From Ruminococcus sp. (GTDB lineage: Bacteria > Bacillota > Clostridia > Oscillospirales > Acutalibacteraceae): DNA of 64,000 nt. The stretch is taken from contig JAKSRB010000001.1 of NCBI GenBank assembly GCA_024403825.1, positions 10,124 to 74,123 on the forward strand, written 5' to 3'. Numbering within the stretch: position 1 is the stretch's first letter; each line of letters starts with the position of its first letter. Shown here one piece after another: positions 48,425-56,379 of this stretch. The notes beneath the pieces were generated by a model. The model saw only the letters and a program-made list of their open reading frames with translations, did no database searches and had not been told where the DNA came from. The position numbers and the translations under genes were made by a program.

Positions 48425-49120
48425 ATGAATACTGCAATTATACTTGCCGGCGGTGTTGGAAGCAGAATGGGTGCTGACAGACCTAAGCAGTTTCTTATGG
48501 TTGAGGATAAACCTATAATTTCCTATTGTCTTAAAATATTTCAGAATCATAGTGAAATTGATAATATTGTTATAGTTGTCAGCGAGGAATGGCAGAGCTT
48601 TGTTGAAGAAAATGCTAAAGAATGTGGTATCACAAAGATATGTGGCTATGCTCCAGCAGGTAAAACAAGACAACATTCGATTTATAACGGTCTTAAATGC
48701 ATTGATAAAAATGCAGGAGATACTGATGTTGTTATAGTTCATGATGCGGCTCGTCCTCTTGTTTCTGACCAGATTATTTCTGATTGTATTAAGGGTGCTA
48801 CTGAATTTGACGGTGCAATGCCTGTTATTTCAGTCAAGGATACTGTATATCAGAGTGCTGACGGAAAGAAAATAGGCTGTCTTTTAAAACGCTCTGAGCT
48901 TTTTGCAGGACAAGCTCCTGAAAGCTTTAACTTTAAGAAATATTATAAAATCCATAACGAAGTTTCTGATGAGGAAATTGGTCTTACAGCAGGTAGTAGT
49001 GAGATTGCTTACAGACATGGTATGGAAATTACAATGGTAAAAGGCAGCGAACGCAATTTAAAAATTACTACTCAGGAGGATCTCAAAACATTTGAGACGA
49101 TTTTGAAAGGTGTGAATTAA
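48425..49120 (+). CDS. IspD/TarI-family cytidylyltransferase (copy 2)
   Basis: ILAGGVGSRM...PKQF, VHDAARP, QAPE and NLKITTQEDL motifs. Confidence 0.92.
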   Translation: MNTAIILAGGVGSRMGADRPKQFLMVEDKPIISYCLKIFQNHSEIDNIVIVVSEEWQSFVEENAKECGITKICGYAPAGKTRQHSIYNGLKCIDKNAGDTDVVIVHDAARPLVSDQIISDCIKGATEFDGAMPVISVKDTVYQSADGKKIGCLLKRSELFAGQAPESFNFKKYYKIHNEVSDEEIGLTAGSSEIAYRHGMEITMVKGSERNLKITTQEDLKTFETILKGVN

Positions 49121-49121
49121 T

Positions 49122-50174
49122 ATGGATACTATGAAAGCAAGAGTTTTAAAGGCTGTTGGAAATCTTGAATATTGCGATTATCCAATGCCTGAGGTTGCAG
49201 AGGATGAGGTTCTGTTTCGTGTAAGAGCTTGTGGAATCTGCGGTTCAGATATTCCAAGAATTTTTGTTAATGGTACTTATCATTTTCCAACAATTCCGGG
49301 ACACGAATTTTCTGGTGAGGTTGTTGCTGCTGGCAGCAGTAAATATGAAAATCTTGTTGGAATGAGAGCTACAGTATTTCCTCTTATTCCTTGCAAGACC
49401 TGTGAAAGCTGTAATAAGGGCAGCTATGAAATGTGCAAAAGCTATGATTATCTTGGCTCAAGAAGTGACGGTGCGTTTGCAGAATATGTAAGAGTTCCTG
49501 TATGGAATTTAGTTCCAATTCCTGATAATCTCTCATTTGAAGAGGCTGCAATGACCGAGCCTTGTGCTGTTGGTTTGCACGCATTGAGAAGAGCACAGAT
49601 TGAGGTTGGCGATACTGTAGCAATTTTCGGACCTGGTACAATAGGTATGCTTGTTGCACAGTGGGCAAGAGCTTGGGGTGCAAAGGTGCTTTTAATTGGT
49701 ACTGATATAAATAACTGGGATTTCATTGAAAGCCTTGGTTTTTATGATTACTGCAACTCCTCACACGAGGATGCTATAGAGTGGGTAAAAAAGATGACAA
49801 ACGGTATTGGTGCTGATATTACAATTGAGGCAGTTGGTGCAAATATTACCGCTTGCAACTGTCTTGAGGCTGTAGCAGCAGGCGGAAAGGTTTTATTTAT
49901 CGGAAATCCGCATAGTGACTTTACTTTCCCACAAAATAATTACTGGCAGATTTTAAGAAAACAGCTTACACTTTATGGTACATGGAATTCAAGCTACAGT
50001 GATACACATAAGAGTGACTGGAATCTTGTTGTTGATGCTATGGCAACAGGTAAAATTGATGTTAAGAAGTTGATTACTCATAAATTCGACCTTGAGCATA
50101 TGGACGAGGGTCTTGAAATTATGAGAGATAATAAAGAGTTTTTTGCAAAAATTATGGTAGTCAACGAGGACTGA
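49122..50174 (+). CDS. Zinc-dependent sugar-alcohol(-phosphate) dehydrogenase (galactitol-1-P dehydrogenase/TarJ-like MDR)
   Basis: GICGSD, GHE, structural Zn CKTCESC...C, EPCAV, GPGTIG and GTWNS motifs. Confidence 0.88.
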   Translation: MDTMKARVLKAVGNLEYCDYPMPEVAEDEVLFRVRACGICGSDIPRIFVNGTYHFPTIPGHEFSGEVVAAGSSKYENLVGMRATVFPLIPCKTCESCNKGSYEMCKSYDYLGSRSDGAFAEYVRVPVWNLVPIPDNLSFEEAAMTEPCAVGLHALRRAQIEVGDTVAIFGPGTIGMLVAQWARAWGAKVLLIGTDINNWDFIESLGFYDYCNSSHEDAIEWVKKMTNGIGADITIEAVGANITACNCLEAVAAGGKVLFIGNPHSDFTFPQNNYWQILRKQLTLYGTWNSSYSDTHKSDWNLVVDAMATGKIDVKKLITHKFDLEHMDEGLEIMRDNKEFFAKIMVVNED

Positions 50175-50188
50175 GAGGTTATTGTATA

Positions 50189-50854
50189 ATGAATGGCTTG
50201 CTTTCACCGTCACTAATGTGTGCTGATATGTTAAACTTAGAGTCTGAGCTAAAGACTTTAGATAATCTTGGCGTAGAATATATACATCTTGATTTTATGG
50301 ATAATAAGTTTGTACCAAACATAACTTTGGATACTAATTTGATTAAGTCCGTAAAGTCAGTTTTAAAGGATATGAAGAGAGATATTCATATAATGGCATT
50401 CGAGCCTCAGCAATATTTTGATAAAATGGAGATTTGTGAGGGTGATATAGTATCTGTTCATTATGAGGCTTGTGAGGATTTACATTCGGTTATAGGTGCT
50501 ATTCGTGATAAGGGTGCATCTCCGTTTGTTGCAATAAGTCCTGATACATCAGTTGATGTTCTTGAAGATTATCTTGCTGAAATTGATGGTGTGCTTGTTA
50601 TGACGGTTTATCCCGGATTTGCAGGTCAGCCTATTGTTGAGGGCAGTTTTGAAAAAATTCAGGCTGTCAGAAAGCTGATTGACGAAAAAGCTCCTGAGCT
50701 GTTGCTTGAGGTTGACGGTCATGTAAGTTGGGATTTGTGCAGTAAAATGCGTGAATGTGGTGCAGATATTTTTGTTGCTGGTTCTTCATCTGTATATTCC
50801 GGTGAAGATACAATGGAAAACTCTGTTAATAGAATGTATGAATTAATAAAATAA
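50189..50854 (+). CDS. Ribulose-phosphate 3-epimerase family protein, AlsE-like
   Basis: SPSLMC, HLDFMDNKFVPN, DIHIM, VMTVYPGFAGQ and EVDG motifs. Confidence 0.85.
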   Translation: MNGLLSPSLMCADMLNLESELKTLDNLGVEYIHLDFMDNKFVPNITLDTNLIKSVKSVLKDMKRDIHIMAFEPQQYFDKMEICEGDIVSVHYEACEDLHSVIGAIRDKGASPFVAISPDTSVDVLEDYLAEIDGVLVMTVYPGFAGQPIVEGSFEKIQAVRKLIDEKAPELLLEVDGHVSWDLCSKMRECGADIFVAGSSSVYSGEDTMENSVNRMYELIK

Positions 50855-50884
50855 AATTATATCTAATATTTTAAATTTAGCGTT

Positions 50885-50926
50885 AAAGATAACCTTGAAT
50901 GATATTTATCGTACAAGGTTATCTTT
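50885..50926 (+). other. Long intergenic hairpin between epimerase and TagF-like gene
   Basis: AAAGATAACCTTG ... CAAGGTTATCTTT 13-bp stem plus inner ATGAT/ATCGT. Confidence 0.65.
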
Positions 50927-50952
50927 GAATATATCTATGTGGGGTGTAATGT

Positions 50953-52725
50953 TTGGAATATAAAATTCAAGTCAAATCATTGAGAATTAAGGACCGAAGT
51001 ATGTACCTTAATATTATGGGTGAGGTTGCTGACGAAAGTATTAATACTCATTTTCTTTCAAAGCCTAAAATAGTATTACATTTTTTTGATGGAACTGAGG
51101 ACAGAAGAATTCCATTTATTCTTACAAATGTTACATATGTTGACGGAAAATGCTATTTTTCAGGTAAATACAGATACAGACTTGATTTGCTTTTCTGGAA
51201 AACAAGAAAAGACTGTCTGCCGTTTGATATGTATCTGAATTTTAGTTTTGCAGATTATTACGAAGAAAAAATCCCTGTTGACTTAACTCCTGAGGAGTTT
51301 GAAACAGATGATAAATGCTATGGTTACATACTTGAGGGCAATCATTTCAGATTTTTGCCTAACAAGAAGAAAATTTACCATACAAGATTTTCAAGAACCT
51401 TTGTTGGTGTTGTAGATTTTATCGTAAGAGCGATTGAATATATTATTGCTATTCTGATGATACCGTTATTTATGATTGACGGTTTGCTGAGATTTACAGA
51501 AGTAAAAAGGTTCCCTGCAAAATTCAATGACCCAAATCCGATTAAAAGATACATAGCATTTGTATTCTCACGCTTTTCAAGTGTAGCTACATATAAAGTA
51601 TCTATCTGGACAGTTAAGCGATACATATTCAGAAAATGTTATAATTTCTACAAGCTTAGAAAAATTCAGGATAACAAAATTACTTTTATTTCACTAAGAA
51701 GAGATGATTTGTCAGGAAACTTTGCTTTTGTATATGACAAGCTTAAGGATGACAAGAATCTTGATATTAATTTTATTCTTAATGAACACACTATTGCTTA
51801 TATGTCTTTTAAGGAAATTAAGGCATTTACAAAGGCTTGTGCAACAAGTAAGACCGTAATTCTTGATGAATTTACACCAATGATTCATTATATAGATTTA
51901 AGACCTGAAACAAAGCTTATTCAGCTTTGGCATGCCTGCGGTGCATTCAAAACCTTTGGCTTTACAAGACTTTCAAAGCCTCATGGCTCACCACAGACAA
52001 CACGCAACCACAGAAGCTATGATTATGTTACAGTAAGCTCAACCTACTGCAAAAAATGTCATTCTGAGGGATTTGGTATTCCTACCGATAATGTTGTAGC
52101 AACAGGTATTCCAAGAACCGATGTATTCTTTGATGAAGAGTATAAAAAGCAGGTTAGAGAAAAATTTTACACTGATTATCCTCACTTCAGAAACAAGAAG
52201 ATTGTTATGTTTGCTCCTACATTCAGAGGAATGGTAAAGGAAACTGCATTTTATCCAACTGAGATGTTTGATTTGGAAACAGTATGCAAAAAGCTTCCTG
52301 ATGACTATGTGTTTATAATCAAGCATCACCCATTTGTAAAAGATGAACAGCCAATTCCTGAGAAGTATAAGAACAGAATTATTGACTTGTCTGAAAACAG
52401 CGAGCTTAATGATTTGCTCTTCGTTACAGATGTTATAATTACCGACTATTCATCACTTGTATTCGAGGCATCATTACTTAATATTCCAATGGTATTCTAT
52501 GTATTTGACCTCGAAAAATATATTAATGAGCGTGATTTCTACTTTGATTTCAAGCTTTATGCACCAGGTAAAATTGTGTATTCTCAGGAAACACTTATTG
52601 ATTGTATTGCAAAGCGTGATTTCTGTGAGGAAAGAATTGCTCCTTTTGCAGATATGTTCTTTGATTATCGTGACGGAAAGTCAACTGACCGAGTTGTAAA
52701 ACTTATTTACGATTCTTTAAAATAA
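50953..52725 (+). CDS. CDP-glycerol/ribitol:poly(polyol-phosphate) phosphotransferase, TagB/TagF/TarL family
   Basis: IQLWHACGAFKTFG, GIPRTD, FAPTFRG, KHHP and ITDYSS motifs, plus a ~200-aa N-terminal extension with a hydrophobic segment. Confidence 0.92.
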   Translation: MEYKIQVKSLRIKDRSMYLNIMGEVADESINTHFLSKPKIVLHFFDGTEDRRIPFILTNVTYVDGKCYFSGKYRYRLDLLFWKTRKDCLPFDMYLNFSFADYYEEKIPVDLTPEEFETDDKCYGYILEGNHFRFLPNKKKIYHTRFSRTFVGVVDFIVRAIEYIIAILMIPLFMIDGLLRFTEVKRFPAKFNDPNPIKRYIAFVFSRFSSVATYKVSIWTVKRYIFRKCYNFYKLRKIQDNKITFISLRRDDLSGNFAFVYDKLKDDKNLDINFILNEHTIAYMSFKEIKAFTKACATSKTVILDEFTPMIHYIDLRPETKLIQLWHACGAFKTFGFTRLSKPHGSPQTTRNHRSYDYVTVSSTYCKKCHSEGFGIPTDNVVATGIPRTDVFFDEEYKKQVREKFYTDYPHFRNKKIVMFAPTFRGMVKETAFYPTEMFDLETVCKKLPDDYVFIIKHHPFVKDEQPIPEKYKNRIIDLSENSELNDLLFVTDVIITDYSSLVFEASLLNIPMVFYVFDLEKYINERDFYFDFKLYAPGKIVYSQETLIDCIAKRDFCEERIAPFADMFFDYRDGKSTDRVVKLIYDSLK

Positions 52726-52728
52726 TGC

Positions 52729-52757
52729 TTGACAAATAGAAAAATTAGTATTATAAT
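52729..52757 (+). promoter_or_regulatory. Consensus sigmaA promoter of the infC operon
   Basis: Perfect TTGACA-17-TATAAT. Confidence 0.9.
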
Positions 52758-52771
52758 ATGTAGGTAAAATA

Positions 52772-52897
52772 AAGCAAAGCAGAAATGCTTTCACCTGTGG
52801 GGTGTCGTCTGCACGGGTCAATACCTTAATTTATTATTTCTTTATTTTGTGTATTGCTATGCGGACGGATGTATTTCTGTCCGCATTATTTATTTCT
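52772..52897 (+). ncRNA. L20 leader (ribosomal protein autoregulatory element) with terminator hairpin
   Basis: AAGCAGAA..GCTTTCACCTG..CGGG resembles the Firmicute L20 leader. Hairpin ATGCGGACGGA/TCTGTCCGCAT (52859-52886) with U-rich tail, upstream of infC-rpmI-rplT. Confidence 0.75.
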
Positions 52898-52922
52898 ATT
52901 GGTACTTTGGAGGTGCTTAACC

Positions 52923-53441
52923 ATCGGCAAGAAAGATATTCAGATCAACGAAGAAATTCGTGATAAAGAACTAAGAGTAATTGGACCTGACGGTCAACAG
53001 CTTGGAATAATGTCTTCAAAAGAGGCACTTAATCTTGCAGAACAGAAAAATCTCGATTTGGTTAAAATTGCTCCGCAGAGCAATCCGCCTGTTTGTAAGA
53101 TTATGGACTATGGTAAATATCGTTTTGAACAGGCTAAAAGAGAGAAAGAAGCAAGAAAAAATCAACATATTGTTGATATTAAAGAGGTAAGATTATCACT
53201 TAATATTGACACTCATGATTTTAATACTAAGCTTAATAATGCTCTTAAATTCATCAAACATGGCGACAAGGTCAAGGTTTCTATCAGATTCAGAGGTCGT
53301 GAAATGGGTCATCCTGAGATAGGTCTGGATACTATGAAGCGTTTTGCCGAGGCTTGCAGTGAAACAGCAGTTATTGAAAAACCAGCTAAGCTTGAAGGAA
53401 GAAATATGCTGATGTTTCTTGCACCAAAGTCAAGTAAGTAA
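52923..53441 (+). CDS. infC: Translation initiation factor IF-3 (non-canonical ATC start)
   Basis: INEEIR, LDLVKIAP..PPVCKIMDYGKY and KVSIRFRGRE motifs. GGAGGTG RBS is 7 nt before ATC at 52923. Confidence 0.95.
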   Translation: MGKKDIQINEEIRDKELRVIGPDGQQLGIMSSKEALNLAEQKNLDLVKIAPQSNPPVCKIMDYGKYRFEQAKREKEARKNQHIVDIKEVRLSLNIDTHDFNTKLNNALKFIKHGDKVKVSIRFRGREMGHPEIGLDTMKRFAEACSETAVIEKPAKLEGRNMLMFLAPKSSK

Positions 53442-53466
53442 TTAAAGCTAAGGAGGATATTAAATT

Positions 53467-53664
53467 ATGCCTAAGATTAAAACACACAGCGGTGCTAAAA
53501 AGCGTTTTAAGATTTCTAAGAATGGTAAGGTTATCCGTGCACACGCTAACAAAAGACATATCTTAAACAAGAAAACTACTAAGCGTAAAAGAGGTCTTCG
53601 TCAGACAGTTGCTACTGATAAGACAAATACAGCTCAGATCAAGCGTTTGATTCCTTACAAGTAA
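53467..53664 (+). CDS. rpmI: 50S ribosomal protein L35
   Basis: [14 protein letters not shown]...HILNKK motif. Confidence 0.98.
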   Translation: MPKIKTHSGAKKRFKISKNGKVIRAHANKRHILNKKTTKRKRGLRQTVATDKTNTAQIKRLIPYK

Positions 53665-53713
53665 TCGCTTATCGTTGAACTTACTAATATAGAATTTATC
53701 GGAGGTAACATAA

Positions 53714-54064
53714 ATGGCACGAGTAAAAGGTGCGATGATGACTCGCAAAAGAAGAAAAAAGACTTTAAAGCTCGCTAAGGGCTACTGGGGTTCAAAATCA
53801 AGACATTTCAAAATGGCTAAACAGGCTGTTATGAAATCAGGCAATTATGCATACATTGGTCGTAAGCAGAGAAAGAGAGATTTCCGTCGTCTTTGGATTA
53901 CTCGTATTTCAGCAGCTTGCAAGGCTAACAATACTAACTATTCAACATTTATGAATGGTCTTAAAAAGGCTGGTATCACATTAAACCGTAAGATGCTTTC
54001 TGAAATTGCTATTTCAGACCCTGCTGCTTTTACATCACTTGTTGAACAGGCTAAAAACGCTTAA
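53714..54064 (+). CDS. rplT: 50S ribosomal protein L20
   Basis: [23 protein letters not shown] and [10 protein letters not shown] motifs. Confidence 0.98.
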   Translation: MARVKGAMMTRKRRKKTLKLAKGYWGSKSRHFKMAKQAVMKSGNYAYIGRKQRKRDFRRLWITRISAACKANNTNYSTFMNGLKKAGITLNRKMLSEIAISDPAAFTSLVEQAKNA

Positions 54065-54079
54065 TTTTTAATTGTAATT

Positions 54080-54106
54080 GCGTTTGGGGTTTCCCCAAAC
54101 GCTTTT
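54080..54106 (+). terminator. Terminator of infC-rpmI-rplT
   Basis: GCGTTTGGGG-ttt-CCCCAAACGC followed by TTTT. Confidence 0.88.
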
Positions 54107-54133
54107 GCTGTTTATAGGGTATTTGGTGATTTT

Positions 54134-54913
54134 ATGCTTACTATTACAAGCAAAGATAATGCAAATATTAAAAATACTGTTAAATTGAAAAACAGTTCCA
54201 AATTCAGAAAAAAATCAGGTGCGTTCATTGCTGAGGGTGTCAGACTTTGTATGGATGCAATGTACAGCGGAGCAAAAATTGAAATTTTATTCGCAACCGA
54301 AAATGCTGTTCAAAAGTATGAACAGGATTTTGAAAAGCTTAGTAATTATGCGGACAAAACCTTTATCGTAACTGCACCGATTTTTGCTATTATGAGCGAT
54401 ACCGAAACTCCTCAGGGATTTCTTTGCGTAATAAAGGCACTTGACAAAATTCCTGAGTTTGATACAATAAAAAGAAATAGTAAATTTATTGCACTTGAAA
54501 ATTTACAGGATCCGTCAAATCTTGGAACGATACTGCGTACAGCAGAGGCTTTTGCACTTGACGGCATTGTGCTGTCAGCTGATTGCTGTGATATTTACAG
54601 TCCTAAGGTTGTTCGTGGAAGTATGGGAGCTGTTTTCAGAATCCCATTTTTAATCTGCAATAATATTGTCGATTTTCTTAGAGAAAATCAATCTCTTGTT
54701 TCATATGCCGCTGTTGTGTCTGATGCTGAAAATATAACTGAGGTTTCATTTAATAATCCAAGCATTGCTGTTATCGGCAATGAGGGTAATGGGTTGCGAA
54801 AAGAAACCATTGATTACTGTAATCACAGAATTACAATACCAATGTCAGGAAAGGCTGAATCTCTTAATGCCTCAACGGCTGCATCAATAATTATGTGGGA
54901 AATGGTAAAATGA
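54134..54913 (+). CDS. TrmH/SpoU family RNA methyltransferase
   Basis: LQDPSNLGTILRTA, KVVRGSMGA, GNEGNG and ESLNAS motifs. Confidence 0.93.
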   Translation: MLTITSKDNANIKNTVKLKNSSKFRKKSGAFIAEGVRLCMDAMYSGAKIEILFATENAVQKYEQDFEKLSNYADKTFIVTAPIFAIMSDTETPQGFLCVIKALDKIPEFDTIKRNSKFIALENLQDPSNLGTILRTAEAFALDGIVLSADCCDIYSPKVVRGSMGAVFRIPFLICNNIVDFLRENQSLVSYAAVVSDAENITEVSFNNPSIAVIGNEGNGLRKETIDYCNHRITIPMSGKAESLNASTAASIIMWEMVK

Positions 54914-56367
54914 TTTCTTCAAATGCTAAAATCTGGATATGGCTTGCCTCCGCTTTAGGATTTGCTAATCCTAAAATCAGAAGATTATATGAATTATACC
55001 CTGATATATCTGATTTCTATAATGGCGGTGCTAAGGAATGGCGACTTAGTGGTATATTTAATCAGCGTGACCTTAATAAGCTTGAGGCGACGCAATTAAA
55101 TTCTGCTGATAAAATTCTTGACAGATGTATGCAGTTGAATTATTCTGTAATTTCAATAGATGATGAAAGCTTTCCTGCTTGTCTGAGGAATATTGAAGCT
55201 CCTCCTGCGGTAATTTATGTCAGTGGTCATTTGCCAGATATAGATAACAGATTATCTATTGGAATTGTAGGAACAAGACGAGCTACAGATTACGGCATAA
55301 CTAATTCCTACAAAATAGGTTACGCATTATCAAAATACGGTGTAACCATTGTAAGTGGCGGTGCGTTAGGTGTGGATTGTGCATCTCATCGTGGAACGCT
55401 TGCAACGGACGGAGTTACTATTTGTGTGCTTGGTTGCGGAATTAATTATAACTATCTTAATGAAAATGCGATGATGCGTCAGGCTATTACAAAGCGTGGA
55501 GCTGTAATTTCTGAATATCCGCCTGATTCAGCTCCAAGAAATTTTCATTTTCCAGCAAGAAACAGAATAATATCTGCATTATCTGACGGAGTTCTGATAA
55601 TAGAAGCAGGAATAAAAAGTGGTTCGCTGATTACAGCTAACTATGCAGGAGAGCAGGGTAAAAAGGTTTTTGCGTTGCTTGGAAATAACTCTCCGCAGAA
55701 TGAGGGTTCTAACGAAAGAATAAAAGAGGGTACAGCCATACCTATTACAGATTTTTTAGATATTCTTAATGAATTTGACGGTCTGTATGCTACAAATGGC
55801 GATATTGATTTTAATTTTATATCTGAAAATGATTTGAATGAAGTACCGACAAAAGGTAAATCAAAAAAATCAGCTAAGAGCAGAAATGCAAAATCAAATT
55901 TAAATAATTGTGTGTTAAATATAGATGAATTGAAAAATTCTGTTATTTCAAAGGATATTAGTAATAAAAGTAAAAAGAAATCTGATAATAACAGAAGTAA
56001 ATCAAAAACTGAAGAAATTTTAGATGCTGAAAAATCAGTTGCACAGAAAAATAGTTTTAAAGTGCAGACTGAAATAAGTGAACATCAAAAAAGCAAAAGC
56101 ATTGCAGAGCCAGAAAAATCAGATAGTACGGATACTATGATTGAAAAAGCTGATAATAATGATGTTCGCATAAAAAATAAAGAAAATCTGAATTTGAATA
56201 CAACGGTTCAGGCAGTTTATGATTACATAAATTGCGAACCTGTACATATAGATAAGATAGCAAATGATTTAAATATTCCAATCTTTAAGGTGCTTGTTGC
56301 ATTGACTACTCTTGAAATGAAGGGTCTTGTTACAGCGTTACAAGGGCGGAGATATATTTTAAAATAA
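54910..56367 (+). CDS. dprA: DNA-processing protein DprA with long low-complexity linker
   Basis: IVGTRRAT, SGGALGVD, FPARNRIISALS, SGSLITA and C-terminal winged helix. ATG 54910 overlaps the trmH TGA. Confidence 0.95.
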   Translation: MISSNAKIWIWLASALGFANPKIRRLYELYPDISDFYNGGAKEWRLSGIFNQRDLNKLEATQLNSADKILDRCMQLNYSVISIDDESFPACLRNIEAPPAVIYVSGHLPDIDNRLSIGIVGTRRATDYGITNSYKIGYALSKYGVTIVSGGALGVDCASHRGTLATDGVTICVLGCGINYNYLNENAMMRQAITKRGAVISEYPPDSAPRNFHFPARNRIISALSDGVLIIEAGIKSGSLITANYAGEQGKKVFALLGNNSPQNEGSNERIKEGTAIPITDFLDILNEFDGLYATNGDIDFNFISENDLNEVPTKGKSKKSAKSRNAKSNLNNCVLNIDELKNSVISKDISNKSKKKSDNNRSKSKTEEILDAEKSVAQKNSFKVQTEISEHQKSKSIAEPEKSDSTDTMIEKADNNDVRIKNKENLNLNTTVQAVYDYINCEPVHIDKIANDLNIPIFKVLVALTTLEMKGLVTALQGRRYILK

Positions 56368-56379
56368 CGGAGGAATTAA

